Origin: an uncultured Flavobacteriaceae bacterium
Lineage (GTDB): Bacteria > Bacteroidota > Bacteroidia > Flavobacteriales > Flavobacteriaceae
Assembly (NCBI GenBank): GCA_964558965.1
Contig: CAZLGZ010000002.1
Coordinates: forward strand, 1 to 42,235
DNA: 42,235 nucleotides
Direction of reading: 5' to 3'
The notes under the pieces are model-generated. The model searched no databases. It worked only from the letters and a program-made list of their open reading frames with translations, and was not told the origin of the DNA. The first letter of the stretch is position 1. Every line of letters starts with the position of its first letter. Below, piece after piece: positions 10,353 to 19,718 of the stretch. A program made the position numbers and the translations under genes.

Positions 10353-10703
10353 TTACTTGCGAACCTCTTTGATACGGGCCTTTTTACCAGTAAGTCCTCG
10401 GAAGTAGAAAATACGAGCGCGACGTACTTTACCTTTCTTGTTGATCTCAATCTTTTGAAGTGCCGGCATATTGATAGGGAAGATACGTTCTACACCTACC
10501 GTTCCAGACATCTTGCGGATTGTAAAGGTTTCGGTTGCTCCGCTACCACGACGTTGAATAACCACTCCCTTGAAGAACTGGGTTCTGGTTTTTTCACCTT
10601 CCTTAATTTCGTAGTATACTGTAATGGTATCTCCTGCTGAAAATTCAGGAAAGTCTTTTTTCTCTACAAATTGTTCTTCTACGAAATTGATCAAAGAATC
10701 CAT
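10353..10703 (-). CDS. rplS: 50S ribosomal protein L19
   Basis: FPEFSAGDTITV...EGEKTRTQFFKGVVI...GVERIFP...GKVRRARIFYFRGLTGKKARIKE. Confidence 0.98.
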   Translation of the reverse strand: MDSLINFVEEQFVEKKDFPEFSAGDTITVYYEIKEGEKTRTQFFKGVVIQRRGSGATETFTIRKMSGTVGVERIFPINMPALQKIEINKKGKVRRARIFYFRGLTGKKARIKEVRK

Positions 10704-10754
10704 GGTCGTCTATTTTTCGAAGCACCGAAGTGCGGCTTAATCTTAAATTGACTG

Positions 10755-10762
10755 CAAAATTA
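10755..10762 (-). promoter_or_regulatory. -7 element (TAATTTTG) of rplS
   Basis: Exact TAnnTTTG match in the trmD-rplS gap. Confidence 0.6.
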
Positions 10763-10801
10763 ATTCTTTATTTTAATACGGCAACCTTTTTTTGAATGAT
10801 T

Positions 10802-11482
10802 TCACTCCTGATCGAGTAAATCTGGTCGTCGCTCCTGGGTCCTTTTTAAGGCTTGTTCTTCTCGCCAGGCATCAATCTTTGGTGTATTTCCGCTAAGAAG
10901 AATTTCCGGAACCTTCCAATCCTTGTATTCCGCAGGTCGTGTATACACTGGAGGAGCTAGTAATCCGTCCTGAAAACTATCGGTCAAGGCAGAAGTTTCG
11001 TCATTCATCACCCCCGGAATCAAACGTATTATACTATCGGATACGACGGCTGCGGCCAATTCTCCGCCAGAAAGAACATAATCTCCAATCGAAATTTCGT
11101 GGGTGATCACATGATCCCTTAGCCGTTGATCCACTCCTTTATAATGTCCACAGAGAAGAATGATGTTTTCAAATAGACTAAAGCTATTGGCATCACTCTG
11201 TTCCCAGGGCTTACCATCTGGAGTTAGATAGGCCACTGCCTGATAATCTCTTTGACTTTTGAGTTCTTCAATGCATCGGTCCAAGGGTTCTACCATCATC
11301 ACCATTCCGGCTCCACCGCCAAAAGCGTAGTCATCCACCTGTCGGTAATTTCCGGTCGCATAGTCTCGGGGATTGTGAAAGTGAATTTCCACCAATTCAT
11401 TCTGTATGGCCCGTTGAAGGATGGAAGCTTCGAATGGACTTTGAATCAGTTCAGGAAGTAAGGTAATAATATCGATACGCAT
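10802..11482 (-). CDS. trmD: tRNA (guanine37-N1)-methyltransferase
   Basis: [35 protein letters not shown] and YTRP motifs. True start is MRIDIIT at 11482; the track start at 11560 overlaps the upstream gene. Confidence 0.96.
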   Translation of the reverse strand: MRIDIITLLPELIQSPFEASILQRAIQNELVEIHFHNPRDYATGNYRQVDDYAFGGGAGMVMMVEPLDRCIEELKSQRDYQAVAYLTPDGKPWEQSDANSFSLFENIILLCGHYKGVDQRLRDHVITHEISIGDYVLSGGELAAAVVSDSIIRLIPGVMNDETSALTDSFQDGLLAPPVYTRPAEYKDWKVPEILLSGNTPKIDAWREEQALKRTQERRPDLLDQE

Positions 11483-11502
11483 GGTGCAGTGCTGAAGTCG
11501 CT

Positions 11503-11955
11503 CTAGTTCTTTTCCGGATTGGTCCAAAAATAGTGAAGCATCTCTTCGTCTTTGATCCAACCCAGGGATTCGTACAATTTCTGAGCCGGATTGTCAAGGG
11601 CTGTTTCTAAAGACAAACCCTTATTCTTTTCAAAGATACAGTGCGTCTTGGCTTCTTCCAGCAGTGCTTTTGCCACCCCTTTATTCCGGTAATCGGGATG
11701 CACAAAAAGATCATTCAGAATCAGCAAGGGTTTTAAACTGACCGTCGAAAAGCTGGGATAAAGCTGGGTGAAACCTACGGGCTTCCCTTCATAAGTTCCA
11801 ATAAAGATGACAGAATCGTTCTTTTGGAACCGTTCCTTGAGAAACCGCTTGCAGTCTTTTTTATTGGAATCCTGACCGTAAAACAGCCGGTATTCATGAA
11901 GGAGCTCGGTAAGCACTTTCAAAAAGTCTGGAGTCGCCCTGCGGATTCCGATCAT
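11503..11955 (-). CDS. GNAT family N-acetyltransferase
   Basis: [10 protein letters not shown]...[20 protein letters not shown] acetyl-CoA motif and [10 protein letters not shown]. Confidence 0.88.
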   Translation of the reverse strand: MIGIRRATPDFLKVLTELLHEYRLFYGQDSNKKDCKRFLKERFQKNDSVIFIGTYEGKPVGFTQLYPSFSTVSLKPLLILNDLFVHPDYRNKGVAKALLEEAKTHCIFEKNKGLSLETALDNPAQKLYESLGWIKDEEMLHYFWTNPEKN

Positions 11956-11972
11956 AAACTGGACAAGCTAGG

Positions 11973-12575
11973 TTATTTCTTCTTCTTGTTGTTGCGTTCG
12001 TCCAGCAATTCTCTACTCAGCTTTTGTTCTCTGTCCAACGCCCATCTGCGGTGTTGTTCAAATTCTTGTTCCATTTCTTCCAAGGCCGACTTGGCTTGTT
12101 GAGTGAGGAAATTACTGTTTCTAAATTTAAAAATAAAAAACAACAGACCTCCGAGAAGACTTAGAATCAAGGTCCAGCTGATCACCCGGTAAGATGATTT
12201 CGTGCTTGGAATACCCAAAAAGGCCATGGAGTTTTTTTCTTTCTCCAGACTTACATTGGTTTGTGTTATCGCGTTGTACAGGGCCTGTACAGAATCGGTT
12301 TTTTGAATTTGAGCACTCAATTGCTTGTCCAAACTACGTCGGTGCGCAGCAGCCTTATCCATGGAGTCTTGAATAACCTCCTTAAATCCAAGTAGTTGTA
12401 ATTCACGAATGGTCCGGTAGCGAACCCCGCGGTTTTTGTACAAACTGTTCTTTTGGGTCATCAAGGAGTCCAGTTGTTCCGTCAAGCTCTTAGGAGCCAC
12501 AGACACTTGTTCCTGGGCGTGGAGTGGTGCGCTAAGGGCCAAGAAGAGCAGGCCCAAAAACATGGGGTATTTCAT
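11973..12575 (-). CDS. Conserved hypothetical membrane protein (signal peptide, coiled coil, one TM, cytoplasmic coiled tail)
   Basis: Signal peptide, a TM segment around residues 130-150, and a C-terminal HRRWALDREQKLSRELLDERN. No SPOUT motif. Confidence 0.75.
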   Translation of the reverse strand: MKYPMFLGLLFLALSAPLHAQEQVSVAPKSLTEQLDSLMTQKNSLYKNRGVRYRTIRELQLLGFKEVIQDSMDKAAAHRRSLDKQLSAQIQKTDSVQALYNAITQTNVSLEKEKNSMAFLGIPSTKSSYRVISWTLILSLLGGLLFFIFKFRNSNFLTQQAKSALEEMEQEFEQHRRWALDREQKLSRELLDERNNKKKK

Positions 12576-12651
12576 AGGTAATCGATTTAGAGCAGAGCGA
12601 AGGTAGTCGTTTCTCTAGAATCACCAAAAATAGGTGGGCTTACTTTAACGT

Positions 12652-14100
12652 CTAGTAATACGTAAATCTCCTCACTTTTGCGATGTACTTGGCTAGGCGA
12701 ATGACCTGGTGCGAATACCCGTATTCGTTGTCGTACCAGATATAAAGCACCAATTGTTTCCCATCCTTAGAGACCAAAGTCGCCTTACTGTCATAAATAG
12801 AAGGCGCTGAAGCACCAACAATGTCAGAAGAAACGAGTTCATTGCTCAAGGAGTACTTGATCTGCTCAACCAAATCACCCTCCAGGGCGTACTTTTTCAG
12901 CAAGGTATTGACCGTGTCTTTGGAGGTCTTTTTCTTCACCTCTAAATTCAAGATGGCCAAAGAACCATTAGGGACAGGAACGCGAATGGCATTTGAAGTC
13001 AGTTTGCCTTCTAAAACTGGAAGGGCTTTTGAAACCGCTTTGCCTGCACCCGTCTCTGTGATGACCATATTCAAGGCCGCTGCCCGCCCACGTCGGTACT
13101 TGCTGTGCATATTGTCGACCAGATTTTGGTCATTGGTGTAAGCGTGAATCGTCTCGATATGCCCTTTTTGAATCCCCAAAGAATCCTCGATCACCTTTAA
13201 AACCGGTGTGATCGCATTGGTCGTACAGGAGGCTGCGGAATAGATCTTGTGATCTTCTGGTGGGAAGTTCATTTGGTTGACCCCATGTACGATATTGGGA
13301 ATCTCTTTTCCTGGAGCAGTAAGGAGGACCTTGCCAGCTCCTTTGGCTTCCAAATGACGCGAAAGGGCCTTTTTATCGCGGAAGGCTCCGCTGTTATCAA
13401 TAATCAGCGCATTGAAAATCCCGTATGCGGTGTAGTCAATGGATTCTGGTGCAGAGGCCGAAATCAGGTAGACGGTGGTTCCGTTGATGACCAGCGCTTT
13501 CTTTTTTTCATCTACTTCCACTGTGCCGCTAAAAGGTCCGTGCACGGAATCTGTTCGCAACAGAGCTGCACGCTTCTCCATATTTTCAGGAGTCAGTTCA
13601 CCGCGCAAGACAATGGCACGGAGACGCATTTGATTTCCTTTACCTGTTTTGGCCATGAGCTCTCGGGCAAGAATTCGACCAATCCGTCCGAAGCCATACA
13701 GGACGACGTCTTTGGGTTGAATCTCTTTGGATTTTTCTGCGTCTTTAAGCTTTTCTAAAACGAAAGCTTTGACATTGAGATGCGTGTGGTCTTGGGAGTG
13801 GTATTCGTAAGTGAGCTTTCCGATATCCAGTTTAGCAGGAGGGAGGCTAATGTCATTAATCGCCCGAAGGATTTCTACAGAATCAAAAATCGAAATCGGT
13901 TTTTGAACAAATTCTCCTGCATATTCGTGCAGGTGAATAATGTCGCTGACATTGAGATCGATGACCTGATTTTTGAACAATACGATCTCGATGGATTTGT
14001 CGTACCAGAGATCACTGGTGATTTTAATGAATTCTGTTGAAGCTTTTCTTCTGTCGGCCTGAAAGGCCAATTCCTTCTCGTAATTAGAAAGATCGCTCAT
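12652..14100 (-). CDS. gap: Glyceraldehyde-3-phosphate dehydrogenase, long form with ~130-aa N-terminal extension
   Basis: VVLYGFGRIGR, SAASCTTNA (catalytic Cys) and WYDNEYGYS. Confidence 0.93.
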   Translation of the reverse strand: MSDLSNYEKELAFQADRRKASTEFIKITSDLWYDKSIEIVLFKNQVIDLNVSDIIHLHEYAGEFVQKPISIFDSVEILRAINDISLPPAKLDIGKLTYEYHSQDHTHLNVKAFVLEKLKDAEKSKEIQPKDVVLYGFGRIGRILARELMAKTGKGNQMRLRAIVLRGELTPENMEKRAALLRTDSVHGPFSGTVEVDEKKKALVINGTTVYLISASAPESIDYTAYGIFNALIIDNSGAFRDKKALSRHLEAKGAGKVLLTAPGKEIPNIVHGVNQMNFPPEDHKIYSAASCTTNAITPVLKVIEDSLGIQKGHIETIHAYTNDQNLVDNMHSKYRRGRAAALNMVITETGAGKAVSKALPVLEGKLTSNAIRVPVPNGSLAILNLEVKKKTSKDTVNTLLKKYALEGDLVEQIKYSLSNELVSSDIVGASAPSIYDSKATLVSKDGKQLVLYIWYDNEYGYSHQVIRLAKYIAKVRRFTYY

Positions 14101-14132
14101 AAAAGATGAAAAAAGGGTTAGATTTTCGATGG

Positions 14133-14159
14133 CAAAAGTACTTGTTTCAAACGTTTTCG
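14133..14159 (-). promoter_or_regulatory. gap promoter (-7 TACTTTTG) with an adjacent AAACGTTT-centred palindrome
   Basis: -7 element at 14133-14140. Palindrome core at 14149-14156 within minus-strand CGAAAACGTTTGA. Confidence 0.5.
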
Positions 14160-14172
14160 TAAAATATTTCGT

Positions 14173-14210
14173 ATAAAGAAAACCCCAGCCTTTAGGCCGG
14201 GGTTTTTTTT
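14173..14210 (-). terminator. Intrinsic terminator after htrA
   Basis: The minus strand reads AAAACCCCGGCC-TAAA-GGCTGGGGTTTT (12 bp with one G-U), then CTTT. Confidence 0.85.
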
Positions 14211-14244
14211 CCTCTTCTGGGCTATTGGACGCCCACGAATTTAT

Positions 14245-15624
14245 TTACTGGATTAAACGTTCTCGATCTCCATCCTTGTTTATGAAGGTGATGGATTGTA
14301 GCTCGTATATGGATAGCCCTGACATTATGCGATTGGCGTCCTCAATATTTCTGATAGGCTCATCATTCACCTCAACAATGACTTTATTGAGAAAGCTTTC
14401 TCTTTGGTTTCTGGCAATAGCGACGACTTTCACACCTTTGTTGACTCCAAAGGTTTTGCGATCACTTTGGGTTAGGTTCTTTACCCGTAGCCCCAAAGAG
14501 TTGATGTCAATATAGGAGGCCTTTTTAAGAGTAACCGGCAAATTGAGAATCTTTCCATTCCTTTCGAGACTAACTTCAATCTGATCTCCAGGTCTTTTGG
14601 AGGCCAAATAACCCGTCAGCTCTTCAAATTTACGGACCTGAATTTCGTCCACCCCTTTGATAATATCGCCTTCTTGTAGACCGGCTTCGTCGGCCCCTGA
14701 TTCCTCTTCAACTGTAGAGACGTAAACCCCTTCAATTTCATTTAGCCCTAGCTCTATGGCTCTGGTGGTGTTGAGGCGAGGAGCACTAATACCCAATAGT
14801 CCTTTTTGAACATTGCCAAATTCCATGAGGTCTTCGATAACTTTCTTGGCAATATTAGAAGGAACGGCAAAAGAGTACCCAACGTAAGATCCCGTTTGAG
14901 AGGTGATGGCGGTATTGATACCGATAAGATCTCCATTGGTGTTGACCAGGGCTCCACCGCTATTTCCTGGATTCACGGCTGCATCCGTCTGAATGAATGA
15001 CTGGTTTCGAACCCGAGACAGAGAGCGCGCTTTGGCACTGATAATACCAGCAGTCACTGTTGAAGTCAGGTTGAATGGATTCCCAACAGCGAGTACCCAT
15101 TCGCCGATTTGGGCCTGATCGGAATTACCAAAGGCCAAATAGGGGAGGTCTTCCTCCACGTCAATCTTTAAAAGGGCAATATCAGTACTGGGATCGGCTC
15201 CGATAATCTCAGCTTCGTAGATTTTGTTGTTGTTCAGGGTTACCTGCAGTTGTAAGGATTTATCAATCACATGATTGTTGGTGACAATGTATCCATCAGG
15301 AGATATAATGACACCTGAACCAGTTCCTACTTGAGGGCGCTGACGTGCTTGGTTTCCGTACCAGAAGTCAAGAAGCCCCCCGGATCCACTGTTTCCGGCG
15401 GTGACGTTTTTTACGTGTACAACTGCATGCACTGTTTTTTGAGCGGCGATGGTAAAGTCGGCCCCTGTACTGTTGGTGACTCCCGCACGAGTAGGAACAA
15501 ATGAACTCTGGTCATCTGTACCGATAAAGCGGTAAGTTGGTTGATCAAAAAAGAGTTTATAGGCCCCCAGCGTGACGGCTCCTGCCAAAAGGGCGACCAA
15601 GAATAATCCGGCTGTTTTTTTCAT
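14245..15624 (-). CDS. htrA: HtrA/DegQ family serine protease with PDZ domain(s)
   Basis: TNNHV, DIALL and GNSGG catalytic triad motifs, an N-terminal anchor and a C-terminal PDZ-like region. Confidence 0.93.
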   Translation of the reverse strand: MKKTAGLFLVALLAGAVTLGAYKLFFDQPTYRFIGTDDQSSFVPTRAGVTNSTGADFTIAAQKTVHAVVHVKNVTAGNSGSGGLLDFWYGNQARQRPQVGTGSGVIISPDGYIVTNNHVIDKSLQLQVTLNNNKIYEAEIIGADPSTDIALLKIDVEEDLPYLAFGNSDQAQIGEWVLAVGNPFNLTSTVTAGIISAKARSLSRVRNQSFIQTDAAVNPGNSGGALVNTNGDLIGINTAITSQTGSYVGYSFAVPSNIAKKVIEDLMEFGNVQKGLLGISAPRLNTTRAIELGLNEIEGVYVSTVEEESGADEAGLQEGDIIKGVDEIQVRKFEELTGYLASKRPGDQIEVSLERNGKILNLPVTLKKASYIDINSLGLRVKNLTQSDRKTFGVNKGVKVVAIARNQRESFLNKVIVEVNDEPIRNIEDANRIMSGLSIYELQSITFINKDGDRERLIQ

Positions 15625-15654
15625 GGGTATTTATTTTATAGTAATGAATACTGT

Positions 15655-15706
15655 TAAAATTAATTTTTCCATTGGTTCCTTCTCTTTTGTTTAACGCTGC
15701 TTTAAC
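15655..15706 (-). promoter_or_regulatory. Putative activator-dependent htrA promoter
   Basis: The minus strand reads GTTAAA-N5-GTTAAA-N27-TAATTTTA. Confidence 0.5.
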
Positions 15707-15733
15707 TGTCAAAAATTCCTTAAAGATTCCCAG

Positions 15734-15741
15734 TATCTTTG
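15734..15741 (+). promoter_or_regulatory. -7 element (TATCTTTG) of the dapF operon
   Basis: Exact TAnnTTTG match 10 nt before the ATG. Confidence 0.65.
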
Positions 15742-15751
15742 CAGTCTAAGC

Positions 15752-16558
15752 ATGGCAACAATAGACTTTTTTAAATACCAGGGGGCCGGAAATGACTTTG
15801 TGATTGTTCGCCCCGAGTTCAACAAAGCAGTTAAAGACAAGACGGTTTTGATCGAGCGTTTGTGTGACCGCCGATTTGGAATCGGAGCTGATGGTCTGAT
15901 TCTATGGGAAAAAGGCCAAGAGGAGGGTGAGGATTTCCGGATGGTTTACTACAATTCCGATGGGAGAGAAAGTACGCTCTGCGGGAATGGAGGACGCTGT
16001 ATTGCGGCATTTGCCTTCCAAGTGCAAGAATTATCTGAATCCATGCAGTTTACAGCCATCGATGGTCCGCATGAGGCCGAAGTGGAAGAGCAATCTCCCG
16101 GAAACTATTGGGTGCGTTTGCAAATGCCGGATGTAAAAGAGGTTAAATCCATGGAGAAGGGGGTGTGGATGGACACCGGATCTCCGCATCATGTCGAGTT
16201 CGTTGAGAATCTCGCTACCTACCCGGTTGACGACAGAGGGCGAGAAATTCGCAACAGTTACGGAACGGCCGGAAGTAATGTGAATTTTATTGCGTTTGAT
16301 TCCCAAGGAGAATTGGGGATTCGCACCTATGAAAGAGGGGTGGAGGGAGAAACCCTCGCCTGTGGAACGGGAGTTACGGCAGCGGCTCTGGCGGCCTTTC
16401 AACAAGGCCTTACTTCAAAGAATAAAATTGACTTGCAAGCCCAAGGGGGGAAGTTACAGGTTGAATTTGACCCCATTGATGGCGGTTTTAAGAATGTTTG
16501 GCTTAGCGGTCCGGCCAACTTTGTATTTAAGGGAAGCATTGATCTCGAAAAGCTATGA
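15752..16558 (+). CDS. dapF: Diaminopimelate epimerase
   Basis: KYQGAGNDF, CDRRFGIGADG, LCGNG and RTYERGVEGETLACGTG motifs. Confidence 0.96.
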   Translation: MATIDFFKYQGAGNDFVIVRPEFNKAVKDKTVLIERLCDRRFGIGADGLILWEKGQEEGEDFRMVYYNSDGRESTLCGNGGRCIAAFAFQVQELSESMQFTAIDGPHEAEVEEQSPGNYWVRLQMPDVKEVKSMEKGVWMDTGSPHHVEFVENLATYPVDDRGREIRNSYGTAGSNVNFIAFDSQGELGIRTYERGVEGETLACGTGVTAAALAAFQQGLTSKNKIDLQAQGGKLQVEFDPIDGGFKNVWLSGPANFVFKGSIDLEKL

Positions 16559-17079
16559 GTCTTTTTCAAGGAAAACATATTCGTTTGCGCCCACTCGAGC
16601 CTCAGGATTTGACTTTTTTGGAGGAGGTCGAGAACAACCCGGAGTTTTGGGAAATTAGTCATACTGTTGCGCCCTTTGCCCGTTATACCCTGGAGCGCTA
16701 TCTAGAACAATCGACCAAAGATATATACGAGGTACGGCAGCAGCGTTTTGTCATTGCCTTGCAGGACAAGCCGTTGGGCTTTGTTGATCTTTTTGATTTT
16801 GACCCCTTTCATAAACGGGCTGGGGTAGGAATAGTCATTGCGGATCCAGCATACCGAGGAAAGGGCTACGCGAAAGAAGCATTGGGTCTTTTGATGGATT
16901 ATGCTTTTGTTCAGTTGGACCTTCACCAGCTCTACGCCAATATTCTTGAAGAAAATCAAAAGAGCATCACTCTCTTTGAAAATTTAGGTTTTAATGCAGT
17001 GGGGCTCAAAAAAGATTGGGTATTTTACCAGGGCTCTTTTAAAAACGAACTCTTGTTTCAAAAACTAAGGAACTCATGA
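16555..17079 (+). CDS. GNAT (RimJ/RimL/SpeG-like) acetyltransferase
   Basis: IRLRPLEPQD...DLFDFDP...YRGKGYAKEAL...LHQLYANI. Overlaps dapF by ATGA. Confidence 0.88.
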   Translation: MSLFQGKHIRLRPLEPQDLTFLEEVENNPEFWEISHTVAPFARYTLERYLEQSTKDIYEVRQQRFVIALQDKPLGFVDLFDFDPFHKRAGVGIVIADPAYRGKGYAKEALGLLMDYAFVQLDLHQLYANILEENQKSITLFENLGFNAVGLKKDWVFYQGSFKNELLFQKLRNS

Positions 17080-18119
17080 ATTTAAAACGCGTTGTTTGGG
17101 CCGTGGCCCTCTTGGGATTGGTCATCTGTGGATTTATTTCGTATCAGATTTACCAGGCGGTTTTTGCAGTCAATACGAATTTTGAAAACGAGAGCAGGGC
17201 GATTTACCTGCCAACCGGTGCAAACCTGGCCGATCTGGAGCAGCAGCTCTCGCCCAATATCAAGAATTGGGATTACTTCTTGGCCGTTGCACAGCGCAAA
17301 GGCTATGTGAGCAGAATTAAACCTGGCAAGTATGTCTTACTTGCTGGAATGAACAACAACGAAATTGTCAATACCCTTCGTTCACAAAATACTGCGGTCC
17401 GGGTGACCTTCAACAACCAAGAGACCCTCGGAAGCTTAGCCGGGCGAATCAGTGCGCAAATCGAGGCCGATAGTCTATCCTTACTCGAGGAATTTACTTC
17501 AGGCGAGTGGGTAGAAGACCTGGGATTAGATGAAGACACTGCTTTGTCCGCCTTCTTACCGAACAGTTACGAGTTCTTTTGGAACACTTCTGCCGAAGAA
17601 TTCTGCAAGCGAATGATCAAGGAGCACAAGACTTATTGGACACAGGAACGGGTCGAATTGGCCAAGAAGCAAGGTTTAACTCCTGTTCAAGCGTATACGC
17701 TGGCATCGATTGTTCAAAAAGAAACGGCCAAAGCCAGTGAAAGACCTCGCGTCGCTGGGGTGTATTTGAATCGCTTAAAGAAAGGGATCAAATTGCAAGC
17801 CGATCCAACCGTGATCTATGCGGTAAAGAAGTACAGTGGTAATTACGATACCATAATTAAAAGAGTACTGAACAGAGACTTGGCGGTAGACAACCCTTAC
17901 AACACCTATAAGTATGCAGGCTTACCTCCGGGACCCATTGCGATGCCTGATTTGAGCGCTCTAAATGCTGTACTGGAGCCGGAGGAGCACGACTACTATT
18001 ATTTTGTCGCGGATATGGAGCGACCTGGCTTTCATATGTTTGCCAAAACATTGGCTCAGCACAACCGAAATGCACAGCAATATTACAAGTGGATTAACGC
18101 TCAAGGCATCCGACGATAG
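17076..18119 (+). CDS. mltG: Endolytic transglycosylase MltG
   Basis: N-terminal TM, then LASIVQKET, VAGVYLNRL, LQADPT and NPYNTYKYAGLPPGPI. Confidence 0.95.
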   Translation: MNLKRVVWAVALLGLVICGFISYQIYQAVFAVNTNFENESRAIYLPTGANLADLEQQLSPNIKNWDYFLAVAQRKGYVSRIKPGKYVLLAGMNNNEIVNTLRSQNTAVRVTFNNQETLGSLAGRISAQIEADSLSLLEEFTSGEWVEDLGLDEDTALSAFLPNSYEFFWNTSAEEFCKRMIKEHKTYWTQERVELAKKQGLTPVQAYTLASIVQKETAKASERPRVAGVYLNRLKKGIKLQADPTVIYAVKKYSGNYDTIIKRVLNRDLAVDNPYNTYKYAGLPPGPIAMPDLSALNAVLEPEEHDYYYFVADMERPGFHMFAKTLAQHNRNAQQYYKWINAQGIRR

Positions 18120-18322
18120 TTATTCGTCGGTAAAAAATGTCTCTTAATCGATAAACCATTCGTCGAGAAAAGTGTCATTGATCCGTTTTTCTTTCCTCTT
18201 GGACGAAGATCAGGCACAATTCGGTTAATTTTTGCCCAAATCTTTCACCCGAAAAAAGAGGGCCTTCTATATTTGGCCCCGGAAATATAATCTCTAGCCC
18301 CAAGGAGATTGAAAACCTTTCT

Positions 18323-19009
18323 ATGAGAAAATGGATATGGATGTATTTTCACATCGGACTAATGGTTATTGCGACCCTTCACGGGTTGGCAAATCGACCT
18401 GCCCAAGAAAATTCAGTACAACTTCCCTCGTCCTTAGAGGTCGTTGATCCTGTTGCATTAAAATACCCTGCTTGTCCTGAAGACTACACGGACTGGCGAG
18501 AAACCATCCCAAAAATTGTTGTTGTACCTGCTCTCGAAAAAGACCTTGTTGGTTTTAAAGAAGCGCTTGGTTTTAAGGAGTCTCGCGGAGATTACTTTAC
18601 CATCAACACCTTGGGTTATATGGGCAAATACCAATTTGGTAATTCTACCCTAGGCTCTTTAGGCGTCTACGATGCCGAGCGTTTCATGAAAAATCCAAAG
18701 ATGCAAGAAGAGATCTTTGTGATGAATCTTTCTCGAAACAAGTGGATTTTACGTCGTTATATCGCGGCTTACGATCAAAAATGGGTAGAAGGACACCGAA
18801 TTACCGAGTCGGGAATTTTGGCTGCAGCTCACCTCGCGGGGGCTGGAAATGTCAAGAAATACCTGAGCTCACTAGGCGAACAGGACACCTATGACGCCTA
18901 TGGAAGCTGTATTTCGGATTATATTCAGGAGTTTTCTGGATATGATCTGGAAGATCTGCCGGCTATCCACAATCCTCGTTGGAACAAAACGGCTGTCTTA
19001 GGGCAGTAG
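18323..19009 (+). CDS. Secreted/membrane-anchored lysozyme-like (lytic transglycosylase-type) protein
   Basis: GFKESRGDY (candidate catalytic Glu-Ser), GYMGKYQFG and ILAAAHLAGAGNV motifs. Has its own -7 element TATATTTG at 18268-18275. Confidence 0.7.
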   Translation: MRKWIWMYFHIGLMVIATLHGLANRPAQENSVQLPSSLEVVDPVALKYPACPEDYTDWRETIPKIVVVPALEKDLVGFKEALGFKESRGDYFTINTLGYMGKYQFGNSTLGSLGVYDAERFMKNPKMQEEIFVMNLSRNKWILRRYIAAYDQKWVEGHRITESGILAAAHLAGAGNVKKYLSSLGEQDTYDAYGSCISDYIQEFSGYDLEDLPAIHNPRWNKTAVLGQ

Positions 19010-19010
19010 G

Positions 19011-19718
19011 CTAAGCCTGAATCACGTAGATAGTGGGGCGCTTGTTGAGGTCCCACAAATTGGATTCCCATTCCGCTATGGGTAAGGTTTTGATCTGCTC
19101 ACTTTCCAGGGTAATGTCCGTCGCGATACAAAGCATGGTATCTGGGTGCAGGAACTTGATCAAGTCTCCGACCATCTTGTCGTTGCGATAAGGGGTCTCC
19201 ATAAAGATCTGTGCCTGGTCTTCATCTCTCGATTTTTTCTCGAGTTGCTTGATCGCTTTTTTTCGATCGGCGCTCTCAATGGGCAAGTACCCATTAAAAG
19301 CAAAGCGTTGGCCATTCAATCCTGAAGCCATCAAAGCCAAAAGAATAGAGGAGGGGCCGACTAAGGGAACCACTTGAATTCCTTTTTGGTGGGCAATCCG
19401 TACGATATCTGCACCGGGATCTGCCACTCCAGGACATCCCGCTTCAGACATCAAGCCGATGTCGTGACCTTCTAGGCACGGATTTAAAAATTCCGGTAAG
19501 ATGGTGGGTTCCGTAAACTTATTGAGCTGCTCAAAGTGCAAATCCCCTTGGGCTTTACCAGAACTCAGTCTTTTGATAAAGGCCCGTGCCGTTTTTTCAT
19601 TCTCAGCGATATAATGATCAATCTCTTCAATTGCTCTTTTATTTGAAATCGGAAGGACCTCTAAAGGAGCGCTGTCGCCTAAGGTGATGGGTATCAAATA
19701 GAGTTTACCTTGTTTCAT
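19011..19718 (-). CDS. SAM-dependent methyltransferase, RsmI-like tetrapyrrole methylase fold
   Basis: GKLYLIP, SEAGCPGVADPG, VPLVGPSS, FNGYLP and FMETPYR motifs. Confidence 0.88.
   Translation of the reverse strand: MKQGKLYLIPITLGDSAPLEVLPISNKRAIEEIDHYIAENEKTARAFIKRLSSGKAQGDLHFEQLNKFTEPTILPEFLNPCLEGHDIGLMSEAGCPGVADPGADIVRIAHQKGIQVVPLVGPSSILLALMASGLNGQRFAFNGYLPIESADRKKAIKQLEKKSRDEDQAQIFMETPYRNDKMVGDLIKFLHPDTMLCIATDITLESEQIKTLPIAEWESNLWDLNKRPTIYVIQA

Noticed and set aside
11973-12575. A second tRNA methyltransferase near trmD
   Set aside because: It has a signal peptide, coiled coil and TM segment, with no SPOUT/SAM motifs.
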